Shown here: one piece after another, positions 46,473 to 56,388 of the stretch
Numbering within the stretch: the stretch's first letter is position 1
Layout of the letters: every line of letters begins with the position of its first letter
Virus record (IMG/VR): IMGVR_UViG_3300017783_000001
DNA: 64,000 nucleotides
Source: a virus
Reading direction: 5' to 3' (one strand)
Translations under genes and position numbers: made by a program
The notes under the pieces: model-generated
The model's input: only the letters and a program-made list of their open reading frames with translations
Databases searched by the model: none
What the model was told of the DNA's origin: nothing

Positions 46473-46805
46473 TTAACCCGCTAGCGGATTTTTTGCTTTT
46501 AATTTAAGTTCTTGGATTTGTAGTTTTAAGACTTCAATTTCTTTCTCGTTTACTTTTGTTTGTGTTTTGTTCTTTTGTACACTACCAGAAATATCAGCAG
46601 GTATATTACCTTCTAATTCTGTAATCTTAATTTCTAATGCTTTAATTGATTCTTGTAGAGGTGCAATATTAACACCTTTTCTTTCTTCTAATGCGTTCAT
46701 TTTAGTAGTCAATTCTCCGTATTTAACGAATCCACCACCAATAGCAACTACGGCTGCGATTAAAGCTGCCACACTTGCCAAGTTATCTTTTAATTGTTTT
46801 ATCAT
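46473..46805 (-). CDS. Membrane-anchored coiled-coil protein
   Basis: N-terminal TM helix; C-terminal NPLA. Confidence 0.75.
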   Translation of the reverse strand: MIKQLKDNLASVAALIAAVVAIGGGFVKYGELTTKMNALEERKGVNIAPLQESIKALEIKITELEGNIPADISGSVQKNKTQTKVNEKEIEVLKLQIQELKLKAKNPLAG

Positions 46806-48589
46806 AGTTGTTTCCTTAATTGTTCTAGTTCAATTTTTAGTCTGTTTTCCTCAGTCTTAATTCTGTCTAACTCAATTCGTTGACTAGTCAGCGGGTCGTT
46901 ATCAGTATATTTTGCTAAGGTTACACCTTTATATATTTGTGTTTGTTCTATATTTAGTTGATTAAAGAAATCTACATTACCATCAGGAAGTTGAGTAGAA
47001 GAGTAAAAGGACTGATTTTTATATGAAGACATATCAGGAGCGTTATCACTCATTGCCTTTAGTGTTATAAATTGTACTGCTTTTACTTTCTGGTCTACCG
47101 TCATTAATGTATTCTCTAATTTCTTAATAATCTTTTCTACTTTGGCACTTATGCTGCTTGCGATATTCTTCTCATCTCCGCTATCAACATCTGTTTCCTT
47201 TGTTGTGCCAGTCTCATCTGCATCCAATTTTTCTTCATTTGTCTTCTCCGTCTCCTCTCCTTCTGCTTTCTTATCTTCGTCCATAGAAGATTCAGTTGAC
47301 TTCTCTTCTGTGTTCTCACTTGCCTCAGGTTCACTCTCACTACTTGTCTCATCTTCTTTAGTAGTCTCGGTGTTATTAGGTTTTGGTTCAGTTGAATTTG
47401 AATTACTTGCATTTGATTCCTCTTGTTTAGGTTCGTTTTCTATTTTAGGTTCACCTGATTGTTTAGGTTCCTCTTTGATAGTCTCTTCTTCTAAATTAGA
47501 TTTCTTTGCTACAACATTATTTTCCTCCATTTTAGGTTCTTTTACTTTAGGTTCTGGAGCAACATTAAGTTCCTCCTTCATCATATTACCTACTTCTTCA
47601 AAAAATTGTTCTTCTGTTATATTCTCTTCAACGAGAGCAGTATTAAATTCTTGTACTAAATTTTCCTTTACGATTATCTGTTTAAATTGTTCAATTACCA
47701 TAGTTTCTAGTTGCTTCATTTCTATAGCAGGTGCTTTAAATTCTTCTATTTTAATTTCTTCTCTTTGTATTCTAGGAGGTGCAATTTGTACATTAACTTC
47801 AGGTGTAAATAGTTGTACCTCTTTAAATACTTCTGTCAATGCTGTTTGTGATTCTTCTATCTGCGTATTTGCTGATGATATATTAGTTGTTTGTTCTTCT
47901 GTTAATTGTTGAAAATTTATATCTGTTAGAGTAGCAGTTAGACTTGCACCTAATAAGTTAGGTCCTACTGAAGCAGTTGCACTAGAGTTGTTACCATCTA
48001 TACCTTGCCATTTCCAATCCCAATTTCTTGCACCTGTTCCGTTGTGAGTAATTGTATCGCTATATGTATATGAGTTAGAACCGTAACCGGCGTCATTGTT
48101 TCTAGTTATAGAAGTAGTCGCAAGTACATTGTTGTTGGCGTCTAGTATTTTTAATGTTGTTGAAAAACTATCTTGTCCGTTAGTTGCTGAACCACAACGA
48201 CTACTAGAACCTATCCATTCGCAATTCTGCACTTCTGTAAGTGAATTAAGTGATAGACCACCATCTAAACTATCAGCAGTTATATTAAACTGACCACCGT
48301 TTTGTTTTTCTGTAGTTATACCAACTAGTGAACCATTGGCAGTAATATTACCAGTTCCTTTTGCTTCTAGTTCGTTTTGAAATGCTTGTATACCACTATC
48401 AATGGTAAAACCTGAACCACTACCTACCTTATCAGGTGTGTGAGAGTCTTGTGTATTCTGATAACTAGATTGTCCATCGCCTGCGTTAGGTAATAGATTA
48501 CCAGTTGTTGCTGTTTCTGCCTTAATCTCGTTTACGGAAATTATAAGGATTAAGGTCGTCAGCAAGTTTATCACATTTAAACCACGCAT
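46802..48589 (-). CDS. Large secreted protein: beta-rich domain, Glu-rich linker, helical C-terminus
   Basis: Signal peptide, TTGNLLPN, low-complexity E/K/S/T stretch. Confidence 0.75.
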   Translation of the reverse strand: MRGLNVINLLTTLILIISVNEIKAETATTGNLLPNAGDGQSSYQNTQDSHTPDKVGSGSGFTIDSGIQAFQNELEAKGTGNITANGSLVGITTEKQNGGQFNITADSLDGGLSLNSLTEVQNCEWIGSSSRCGSATNGQDSFSTTLKILDANNNVLATTSITRNNDAGYGSNSYTYSDTITHNGTGARNWDWKWQGIDGNNSSATASVGPNLLGASLTATLTDINFQQLTEEQTTNISSANTQIEESQTALTEVFKEVQLFTPEVNVQIAPPRIQREEIKIEEFKAPAIEMKQLETMVIEQFKQIIVKENLVQEFNTALVEENITEEQFFEEVGNMMKEELNVAPEPKVKEPKMEENNVVAKKSNLEEETIKEEPKQSGEPKIENEPKQEESNASNSNSTEPKPNNTETTKEDETSSESEPEASENTEEKSTESSMDEDKKAEGEETEKTNEEKLDADETGTTKETDVDSGDEKNIASSISAKVEKIIKKLENTLMTVDQKVKAVQFITLKAMSDNAPDMSSYKNQSFYSSTQLPDGNVDFFNQLNIEQTQIYKGVTLAKYTDNDPLTSQRIELDRIKTEENRLKIELEQLRKQL

Positions 48590-48644
48590 ATACTATTACT
48601 CCTGTATAAATTGTTAACCATATTAATGTTTCCATAGTGTGTCC

Positions 48645-49424
48645 TTATTTTGATTTATTTACTTTCTTTTCAAGTTTCTCAACTTTCTTTTCAAGTTTAT
48701 CTGCGTATGCGTCTAACTTCTTATTTTCTTTTCTTATCTCATTAGCGATAGCAGTTTGTTCAGTTAATTGGTAATTTAAAGACTTGTCTTTTTCACTAGT
48801 CTTTGTTAATTCTTTTTCTTTGTTCTCTATGACTTTTAGTTTCTCAACATATAAATCATAGTCTGGTCTTAACTTATCGTATTTGTTCCATTGTGCTTGT
48901 GCTTCTGAACCAATCTTACCTTGATATGGGCAAGGTGTTCCGGAATGTATCATTGCTTCAAACACTCTAGGATCCTGACACAATATAGAAACAGCAGCGA
49001 CCTTCATACCTAGGTCATTTAAGACTTTACTTAATTTAATTCGTTCACAATTTTCGTCTCTTATGTGAGCACCAAGTGATAATCCGATACCAGGATATTG
49101 TAACCCACCAGACATACCCATAACGCAAACATCTTGCGACATAGCACTCATAGAGGGCGCTGAGGCAGTATTCTGTTGGTCTCTTATGTTTGAGTTGTTG
49201 TTTGTGGTTGCGTTAGTCGTACTTGTGGTATTACTAGACGAACCATCTTGGTAAGTAGTTGTTTCTTCCTGTGAATATCCACCTGTGATTGTAGTATTAC
49301 TTCCCGTAGAATTTGAGAGAGTATTTGTAGTCGCTCCAGATGATGTCGTATCAGACCAAACAGGACTTGTAGTGAGTCCTAGCATAATGAAACATACTAT
49401 AAAAAGATTAAATAATCTATCCAT
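48645..49424 (-). CDS. Secreted Cys-rich protein
   Basis: TASAPS...DVC, DENCERIKL, GMKVAAVSILCQDPRVF, GTPCP; late promoter at 49456-49463. Confidence 0.78.
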   Translation of the reverse strand: MDRLFNLFIVCFIMLGLTTSPVWSDTTSSGATTNTLSNSTGSNTTITGGYSQEETTTYQDGSSSNTTSTTNATTNNNSNIRDQQNTASAPSMSAMSQDVCVMGMSGGLQYPGIGLSLGAHIRDENCERIKLSKVLNDLGMKVAAVSILCQDPRVFEAMIHSGTPCPYQGKIGSEAQAQWNKYDKLRPDYDLYVEKLKVIENKEKELTKTSEKDKSLNYQLTEQTAIANEIRKENKKLDAYADKLEKKVEKLEKKVNKSK

Positions 49425-49531
49425 TGTGTGTGTCCTTGAGTATGTTCTATATTATTATTTATAGAGAAGGCACATTCTAAATGGTTGTTTTCGTGGGAAA
49501 AATTTGACACAGGGAGGTGTCAGTTATTTGA

Positions 49532-50011
49532 CTAGAGTTTTCCTTGACTAATTGCTAACCATATCAAACCACCTATTGTGGCTGCGACTAGAAGTATTAG
49601 TAAAGTGATGGCGATACCATCTAATATGTTGCGTTGCAACTCCTTTTGTGCATAGATTTCCTTTTCTCTTTGAGCTCTTATCTTTCTACGCATATCCGTA
49701 AGTTCTTTCCAGGTATTAGGACCAAACCTGAAGTTTAAAAGAGTTCTCAACTCTTTCTCTTGTTCCATTATTTTCTTTTCGTGTAATAGTAATTGTAGAG
49801 ATTCTTCTTCTACAGAACCTGCCTGAAATAACTTTTTGAATATAGGAGGTTTCTTATTGTGTTCTTGTGCTTTGCGTATATCTGCTACAGCAGTATACCA
49901 CTTTCCCATTTGTTTGAAAGTATGTTCAGCTTCTTGGCCTAATGCGACTGCTCTGGTTACTGCTTTGTATGCTGATGTTGCCATTGCTATGGCAGAAATA
50001 GGGTCTATCAA
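49532..50011 (-). CDS. Helical protein with C-terminal TM helix
   Basis: MIDPISAIAMA..., follows the spanin pair. Confidence 0.72.
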   Translation of the reverse strand: MIDPISAIAMATSAYKAVTRAVALGQEAEHTFKQMGKWYTAVADIRKAQEHNKKPPIFKKLFQAGSVEEESLQLLLHEKKIMEQEKELRTLLNFRFGPNTWKELTDMRRKIRAQREKEIYAQKELQRNILDGIAITLLILLVAATIGGLIWLAISQGKL

Positions 50012-50071
50012 TGTCCTTATACCTTATGCTAAAGTTTTATAGTCATAAAGTACAATTCAATTCAGATACTA

Positions 50072-50437
50072 CTATTTATCTTTTTTCTCTTCAGGTTCGT
50101 AATATTTTTTATACTCATCTAATAATCTATTAGTCTTTACCATATGATTTCTAATCTGAGCAAAGTTCTTTGCAATGAGTTGATAGTCAGCGTCTGTTAA
50201 ACCAAACAACACAGGGTCTATACCTGCTTCTTCTAACTTCTTAAATACTTCTTCTGCATTTTCAGAAGTAATAATAATCCACTTAATCTGTTCTAGTTCA
50301 GGTGGTGTTGGTTTATCTAAATTTAGTTTTGCTCTTTCTACTTCTGTTTTAAAGATGTCTAACTTCTTAACAGAAGAACAACCACTAACTGCGATTGCAA
50401 GTATTAAAACTAAAAGTATATTTTTAATATTGTACAT
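50072..50437 (-). CDS. o-spanin (Rz1-like lipoprotein)
   Basis: Lipobox VSGC; start overlaps the upstream i-spanin. Confidence 0.72.
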   Translation of the reverse strand: MYNIKNILLVLILAIAVSGCSSVKKLDIFKTEVERAKLNLDKPTPPELEQIKWIIITSENAEEVFKKLEEAGIDPVLFGLTDADYQLIAKNFAQIRNHMVKTNRLLDEYKKYYEPEEKKDK

Positions 50438-50897
50438 AATTTGGATTCGCTATTGATGGACATTCAGAATTAATTTCACTCTTTTTAGTTGCTTTAATTT
50501 CCTTGTCTGTAAGAGGAGAACCCATAGCGATTTCAATACATCTAGTAGCATTTGCACTACCTTTGTTAACTATTCTCTCTATTACTTTTGTTTTCTCTAC
50601 AGCAAGTTTACCAATGTCTCGTTGTTTTTTATTAAACCTTTTGTCAAGGTCGGTTAAGTCTTTCTTTAGGGCACTCACCAGAACATTCATTTGTTTGTTC
50701 GCTTCTAGTATTTTACCAAAGTCTTCTTTTTGTTGTTTGATTACAGCCTTTTGGTCGTTAACTGCTTCTTCTAACTTGATTTGATTTGCTTTCAATATCT
50801 CATTGTCTGCTTTCAACTTATAAACATAAGCTGCACCACCGGCTAGTCCTGCAATCAATATACCTGCCATAATCATTTTTGCACCACCGAATATCAT
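50424..50897 (-). CDS. i-spanin (Rz-like)
   Basis: N-terminal TM helix, long coiled coil, C-terminal Cys pair. Confidence 0.72.
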   Translation of the reverse strand: MIFGGAKMIMAGILIAGLAGGAAYVYKLKADNEILKANQIKLEEAVNDQKAVIKQQKEDFGKILEANKQMNVLVSALKKDLTDLDKRFNKKQRDIGKLAVEKTKVIERIVNKGSANATRCIEIAMGSPLTDKEIKATKKSEINSECPSIANPNYVQY

Positions 50898-51008
50898 ATT
50901 ATTATCTCCAGAATTTTAATTTACTTGTTAATTCTGCTAGGTCTTCAAACTTTTCGTTTACATACCAACCTAAAACAAAACCAACTATAAGTCCTATTGT
51001 TAAAAACA

Positions 51009-51341
51009 TTATTTTTTACCTCTTAATTTTACTTGTTCTACTTTCACTTTTGCTATTTCATCTTCTAGTTTATTAATTTTCTTTACTAACATAGGAAACT
51101 TTTGTATTAGTTTCTCTTCTTTAGAAAGAACATCTAAATCGTATCTCTTGGCTGCCCAACTATAACACTTATCTACTTTCTTGTAAAACCAGATACCCAT
51201 TTTAGTTTTCTTAAACCAGGCATTAGTAGATTGTCCTACTATGGCACCCATAGCAGATTTTATTAAAAAGAACCACATATTATTTTTTCGCCTGTGGTTT
51301 TGCACCTCGTGGAGCGCTTGAGTTGATTGCCCAACGACCAA
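51009..51341 (-). CDS. Hypothetical protein
   Basis: Likely start MWFFLIK. Confidence 0.6.
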   Translation of the reverse strand: MVVGQSTQALHEVQNHRRKNNMWFFLIKSAMGAIVGQSTNAWFKKTKMGIWFYKKVDKCYSWAAKRYDLDVLSKEEKLIQKFPMLVKKINKLEDEIAKVKVEQVKLRGKK

Positions 51342-51783
51342 ACATTCTCACACTATAGTAAGCAGATTTAATTTTCCACTTAGGAACTGAAGGTTCTGAA
51401 TTTTCCATACCTTGTCTGAATATCTTATCTGCTATACTTCTATATAGTTCTCTTTGTTTCTTTGTAGATATGATACCTTCTTTAAATGCACCGTTAATTT
51501 TTTCGTATAAAATGTCGTGTATTACAGCTGCTCTTGCAACATCAAATGGAGCAATAAATGCCCAACATATTCTTGGTACACTTGCAAGGTCTGTTATATA
51601 ATTTTTTGGTACCGTAATTGTTGCTGTATTTTTTCCATTATCAATAACATCTACGCTACATTCTTTCAACATTTCTACTTCTGTATTATCTAAATCATCT
51701 GATTTAAACCTTAGCGCTTTATTTAATACCCAGTTTCTTGGTGGTAAAAATATTGCGTCTAATAATCCGTTAAAACTACTCAT
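51280..51783 (-). CDS. DUF1353-family protein
   Basis: ITVP..YITDLASVPR, AAVIHDILY, ADKIF, VRMFG. Confidence 0.85.
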   Translation of the reverse strand: MSSFNGLLDAIFLPPRNWVLNKALRFKSDDLDNTEVEMLKECSVDVIDNGKNTATITVPKNYITDLASVPRICWAFIAPFDVARAAVIHDILYEKINGAFKEGIISTKKQRELYRSIADKIFRQGMENSEPSVPKWKIKSAYYSVRMFGRWAINSSAPRGAKPQAKK

Positions 51784-52366
51784 TGTTATCCTCTCGTTTA
51801 ACTATTTTTAAGTTCTTTGTTTTCTTATCTTGTTTTATTCCGTGTCTAGGATCCTTGTTGGCTTGTAAACCAATCTTCCTGCTAGGTCGTGTTGCACTAA
51901 CTGGAGGAGTATCTCCTAAACTTGGTATTGGGTTAAGTGAACCATAAGAACCTTGACCGATACTACCAAAGGCACTATCAGTTAATTTTGCTTTTTCTAA
52001 AATTGATTTTTTTTGTTCACCTACGACAAACTCTGGTTCGTTTTTACCGTATGTTAATTCGTCTACAATAACATCTAGTCTATCTAATTGGTCTAATACA
52101 CTATTCAGTACAGCGTTATTGTTATCTTTGTTCTCTTTAATCTTTGTACCAAGTCTAGTTAGAACATCTTTCTTTTTTTTCTTATCTTGTACAGCGTCAG
52201 GTGGCATAGATACTCCACCGTGTGCAACTGCATTAGCAGGCGCTTCTTCTGGAACACAATTAGGTACAACTCGGTCACCTTTCTTTTTAGTGCCGACTTG
52301 TTTGTAACCTGTCCAACAAGCTTCCCATACATCTTTAAATTCTTTTAATTTTTTATCTTCGCTCAT
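51776..52366 (-). CDS. Probable head-internal protein
   Basis: KLKEFKDVWE/ACWTGYKQVG.KKKG...VPNCVPEE/APANA. Confidence 0.65.
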   Translation of the reverse strand: MSEDKKLKEFKDVWEACWTGYKQVGTKKKGDRVVPNCVPEEAPANAVAHGGVSMPPDAVQDKKKKKDVLTRLGTKIKENKDNNNAVLNSVLDQLDRLDVIVDELTYGKNEPEFVVGEQKKSILEKAKLTDSAFGSIGQGSYGSLNPIPSLGDTPPVSATRPSRKIGLQANKDPRHGIKQDKKTKNLKIVKREDNNE

Positions 52367-52946
52367 CTAAATAGTCTCCAGGAACATATATTTCTTGCAT
52401 ATCTTTACCGTACTTCATCTTATATATATCTAAACCTAACACCGTGGAATCAGGTGTAAGTTCTTCTAAAGTAAAGACATCTGTACCTTTAGGTAAAAAT
52501 TCTTCGCCAGTAAATAGTTCTTCTTTTAATTGATAACTTCCAACTTTTAAAGTTGAATCTGTAAAGTACTCTTCATTAAGAGACATAGAATAAACTAATT
52601 CGTTCTTCTCTTTTAATATCTTAACAAGTGTACTCTCTATGTTCTTACCTTGGTCTAAAGCAAACTCTTTATCTTCTTTTAGTAATAAACCTAATGCAAC
52701 AGCAAATGAACCTATCTTACCACCTAATCCTACTCTACCTAGTATTCTTTTTAAGTTGAATACAAATCTATGTAGCATTGTGTAAGATGATTTTTCTGCA
52801 CCTGTTTTTAATAGTCTATATGGTTTAAGTACTTTACCATCTGCGTCTATAATACCTGTTTTAAACGCTGCTTGGTTCTTAAACGGAGTAACCAATAATT
52901 TAATTACTCTATAAGCTATTAATAAATCTACTGCTCTACTTGCCAT
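52353..52946 (-). CDS. T4-like conserved hypothetical protein
   Basis: YRVIKLLVTPF....AFKTGIID.DG, YTMLHRFVFNLKR. Confidence 0.8.
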   Translation of the reverse strand: MASRAVDLLIAYRVIKLLVTPFKNQAAFKTGIIDADGKVLKPYRLLKTGAEKSSYTMLHRFVFNLKRILGRVGLGGKIGSFAVALGLLLKEDKEFALDQGKNIESTLVKILKEKNELVYSMSLNEEYFTDSTLKVGSYQLKEELFTGEEFLPKGTDVFTLEELTPDSTVLGLDIYKMKYGKDMQEIYVPGDYLDERR

Positions 52947-53308
52947 TATAGTTTCTCTAACTCCTGTTTAACATATTCGTCTTCTGTCAGTTCATTTAGT
53001 TCCGACGGATACAAATAGTTTAGGTATTTAAAAACAGACTTTAGGATTGGCCAATACTTCGTATCATTTTTATATAACAATAAAGTTATACAGGCATCCG
53101 TACCGAAAACATTTTGTAGTACGATAATATGATTTGTTACCAACCTAATTTTTAATAGGCTCGTAGTTTCATATTTCCGAAACAATCTTTTGAGATATTT
53201 AAATCTCTTTATATCATCCCAAAATTCTTTTTCAGTTTCAAATGTCGGATTATCATAATGCTTTTGTGCATATAATAACCAATTCTTATCGGTTATCTGT
53301 TTGAACAT
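52946..53308 (-). CDS. T4-like conserved hypothetical protein
   Basis: YAQKHYDNP, EF.DD.KRFKYLKRL, NHIIVL.NVFG. Confidence 0.8.
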   Translation of the reverse strand: MFKQITDKNWLLYAQKHYDNPTFETEKEFWDDIKRFKYLKRLFRKYETTSLLKIRLVTNHIIVLQNVFGTDACITLLLYKNDTKYWPILKSVFKYLNYLYPSELNELTEDEYVKQELEKL

Positions 53309-53318
53309 TAACTTACGC

Positions 53319-53741
53319 CTATTTTAATTTAGCGTAAACCTTTGATGAACCGTTAGACAATGTTTCGTACTTAACTTCTAATTTTAAGTTATCAATACCA
53401 GGACCATTATCTACTACTACATCTTCAGGTTTCGTTTCAGTTGTTTTACCGTATGTACCACCGAATTGTTTTACTTCACCAGATACCGTTCCAGCGTCAC
53501 CTTCTAATTTCATAGGTGAAATGTCTAAACCAATTCTCATTAACTTTTCTCTTAATGAATCAACTGCTTGTTGTGGTTTGATATATTCCATATCTGCAAC
53601 CGAACCAACAAATGCGTTAACTCTTTTAAGTACATTAGGGTCTTTCAAATTTGCTGTACCGATATTACTATCTTCAGCAGCATTTGATGTAGCTGTTCCG
53701 ACCATCTTGTCTTCTTTTATGTGTTCTTTAAAAGTTTTCAT
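53319..53741 (-). CDS. Probable head-internal protein
   Basis: N-terminus MKTFKEHIKE resembles the T4 capsid-targeting sequence. Confidence 0.7.
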   Translation of the reverse strand: MKTFKEHIKEDKMVGTATSNAAEDSNIGTANLKDPNVLKRVNAFVGSVADMEYIKPQQAVDSLREKLMRIGLDISPMKLEGDAGTVSGEVKQFGGTYGKTTETKPEDVVVDNGPGIDNLKLEVKYETLSNGSSKVYAKLK

Positions 53742-53891
53742 TTATTCCTCTTTTTCTTTTTTATTATCTTTTTTAGTACCAGGTACTAAATCTTCTTCAA
53801 ATTCATTAAGGTCATTTTCAGTATTAACCTCGTTTGGGTTAACCGTTAAAATCTCTTGTAAAGTATTTGACTTTTCAGTTATTTTATCCAT
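53742..53891 (-). CDS. Small acidic protein (49 aa)
   Basis: Not in track. MDKITEKSNTLQEIL...; GAGGA SD. Confidence 0.55.
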   Translation of the reverse strand: MDKITEKSNTLQEILTVNPNEVNTENDLNEFEEDLVPGTKKDNKKEKEE

Positions 53892-54126
53892 TTGGTTGTT
53901 CCTCTACAGCGGGTGTTAACTCTTTTTCTGCTTCTCTTAATGTCAAATCGCTATCTGCTTTTCGCATTAACTTTTCTAGTACTTGTACTGCACCGTGCAA
54001 AGCATTTAAACGAGACTTTGTACTTGCTAGTTCATTCTCTAGTTTGTTAACACTTTCAGTTAGTGTTTCTCTTTCTTTAAATAGTTGATTATATTCTTTC
54101 TCAACTACGCCAAGTGATATAGCCAT
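53884..54126 (-). CDS. Small coiled-coil protein
   Basis: GAGGAG SD; LNALHGAVQ. Confidence 0.72.
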   Translation of the reverse strand: MAISLGVVEKEYNQLFKERETLTESVNKLENELASTKSRLNALHGAVQVLEKLMRKADSDLTLREAEKELTPAVEEQPNG

Positions 54127-54153
54127 AATTATTTCTCCTCAAATTAATTAATA

Positions 54154-54603
54154 TTATGCGAGTGTAGCACCATTATGTGCAATTACATTCCATTTAGAAT
54201 TTTTAAATAAACAAGTTACCGTTTCACCTTCACCATCTAAAGAGATAGTTGAATATCCTCTTAAATTATCTGGTGTAATAGTGATGGCGTTACCACCAGT
54301 ACCTACTGCAATAATTGTTTTAATCATTCCGTTAGTACCATCTGCCATTGAAAGTGCTGTTGCACCGCCAGATTGGTCTACTTCTGTAATTGCTGATGTT
54401 GTGTTAATCGCTGTACTAGTAGAAGTTAATGCTTCACTAGTTGATGTCAATCCGATAAAAGTTGGGATGTTATTAAAAACATCTTTCGCTGTTACCTTTT
54501 TATTAATTGGTGTATTTGAAGGGTCATCAACAATATGGAATAAATCCTCTACTGCCAATGATGTGCCTAGGTTATCTAGGGCTGTAATTTTCTTGTCTGC
54601 CAT
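54154..54603 (-). CDS. Virion structural/decoration protein
   Basis: MADKKITAL N-terminus; late promoter at 54672-54679. Confidence 0.72.
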   Translation of the reverse strand: MADKKITALDNLGTSLAVEDLFHIVDDPSNTPINKKVTAKDVFNNIPTFIGLTSTSEALTSTSTAINTTSAITEVDQSGGATALSMADGTNGMIKTIIAVGTGGNAITITPDNLRGYSTISLDGEGETVTCLFKNSKWNVIAHNGATLA

Positions 54604-54684
54604 TTTTGTTCTCCTATAATTCCACTAATTGTGGTAAACTACTGCGTACATCATATACGCACCATTAATACTATTTATACAAAT

Positions 54685-54710
54685 AAAAAAGGGGACCACA
54701 AAGGATCCCC
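54685..54710 (-). terminator. Intrinsic terminator
   Basis: GGGGAUCC-UUUGU-GGUCCCC followed by UUUUUU. Confidence 0.85.
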
Positions 54711-54743
54711 TAATATTGTTAATTTTATTGTTCTTATTATCTA

Positions 54744-55322
54744 TTACGCAACAGCAGTAATTGTTCCTGCGCCAGAACCAGCAGCAGCTGATATAGCGAC
54801 AGCAGCAGCACTTGAAGCAACCGTATCAGTAATAGTTCCACCTGCTAAAGCGACATTCTGAGCCGCAATAGATAGTACATCATCTGCACTAATAGTTGAA
54901 CCACCTGCACCTACAACTAATGTAAATGTTACCGTGTTAGCAGTTGCAGCCGATTTCGTCAATGTTAATGACGCAGCTGAACCACCACCTGCTTGTGAGT
55001 TGGTTACTGCGATTGTAGGCGAACCTGCAACCGTTATTTGTTCGTTATAGTTTACCGTTACCGATAAAGTACCACCAGCAGATACATCAAATTCTGATAT
55101 ATCCCATTCAGTTGATGAAATTGTAGCGGCAGCTAATGCTGTTGCTAATCCACCAATTGCGACTAGTACTTCAGGAGTAGCGGAAGTATTTCCGTTTCCA
55201 GTTCTAGCAGACCCTGCTCTTACAACCCAACCTTTTTCATTAGCAAAAACTTCTGCTTTTTCAGTTGTAGTAAGATTTTTAGGTTTACTTTCATCACTGG
55301 AGCTTGATCCCCATAAACTCAT
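54744..55322 (-). CDS. Virion structural protein, Ala/Thr/Ser-rich Ig-like
   Basis: MSLWG..., GWV, EVLVAI; own late promoter (55370-55377) and terminator. Confidence 0.72.
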   Translation of the reverse strand: MSLWGSSSSDESKPKNLTTTEKAEVFANEKGWVVRAGSARTGNGNTSATPEVLVAIGGLATALAAATISSTEWDISEFDVSAGGTLSVTVNYNEQITVAGSPTIAVTNSQAGGGSAASLTLTKSAATANTVTFTLVVGAGGSTISADDVLSIAAQNVALAGGTITDTVASSAAAVAISAAAGSGAGTITAVA

Positions 55323-55384
55323 AGTATCTCTCCTTATTAATTTAAGTTAACTTAATGATTAATCGTTTATATTTATAAGATTGA

Positions 55385-55981
55385 CTATTTAAAACCAAGT
55401 TTCTTCAATTCAGAAATCGTTTTAGCAGTACTAGTATGATGAATACCTATACCACCTCTTGCTCTAAACTGATTGATGTTTTTAATATAGTCGTCAATTA
55501 GAATTGTTGGCATACCACCAACTTTAGCAAAATTCTGTTTTTCTCTTCGTTTTACTAAATTCACTTTACTACCGGACATACCTAATTTTGTTCTAGCCCA
55601 TTTTGATTTGCCAGGAATACAACTAGGATCCGAAGTCTGTTCTACATAAGCAGATAAGATATGTGGGTCATACTTTGATATGAAAGACCAAAGTCTTTGA
55701 CCACCTGGATTCCAAGGTAATGTAGACCAGAAATTTTTAGTCTGCATTATTGGTTGCCACTTATCTCTTATTGTTTTAAATTTCTTTCTAGGTTCTAATG
55801 CCCATTGTGATAGAGGCATTTTAACTGCCTTTTGTGCAGCTTGTTCAAAATTACATAGGACTCCGTCCATATCACAATAGATACGAGGCAACTTCTTATT
55901 GTCTTGTCTAAATGCTTCGTTTTTTAATGATAGTTTTTTGACTTGATGTACAACATCACTTCGGAGTTCTTTGAATTTCAT
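55385..55981 (-). CDS. HAD-family 5'(3')-deoxyribonucleotidase-like protein
   Basis: IYCDMDGVLCNF, ILS, LIDD, GGIGIHH; sigma70 promoter at 56013-56041. Confidence 0.85.
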   Translation of the reverse strand: MKFKELRSDVVHQVKKLSLKNEAFRQDNKKLPRIYCDMDGVLCNFEQAAQKAVKMPLSQWALEPRKKFKTIRDKWQPIMQTKNFWSTLPWNPGGQRLWSFISKYDPHILSAYVEQTSDPSCIPGKSKWARTKLGMSGSKVNLVKRREKQNFAKVGGMPTILIDDYIKNINQFRARGGIGIHHTSTAKTISELKKLGFK

Positions 55982-56066
55982 AGTGTTTTATATCCTTTTT
56001 TCATTATGCTTTATATTAACACATTTCTATAGCTTTGTCAAGCACAAAATGAGCAAAAAGATGTAA

Positions 56067-56387
56067 TTATGTTGTATAATCTATCTTAGGATTAACATCA
56101 ATCTTGTCTGATTTACTTGCGTTTAATGTAGTTTTCTTTTCAGGTTCTTTTGACTTGATGTTCATAGGGTCTTTAGGTTCTTGTGATTTAGGTAGAACCG
56201 TATCTCCGGACATATCTTTATTTGTGTTATCTTCTTTCTTTGCTCTTAATTTTGCAAGGTCAGAACCATCAATCTTACCGTTATTGTTCTTATCTAATTT
56301 TTGTTGTTTCGGAGATAACTTCTCTTGCATTACTGCAGCTGTTATCGCTTCTTCAACTGAACCAGGTTTACTTTTTAAATATGACAT
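56067..56387 (-). CDS. Small protein with EF-hand-like motif
   Basis: VMQE/KLSPKQQKLDKNNNGKIDGSDL. Confidence 0.7.
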   Translation of the reverse strand: MSYLKSKPGSVEEAITAAVMQEKLSPKQQKLDKNNNGKIDGSDLAKLRAKKEDNTNKDMSGDTVLPKSQEPKDPMNIKSKEPEKKTTLNASKSDKIDVNPKIDYTT

Positions 56388-56388
56388 A

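Noticed and set aside
47142-47912. 256-aa Ser-rich plus-strand ORF
   Set aside because: Mirror of the Glu/Lys-rich linker on the minus strand.
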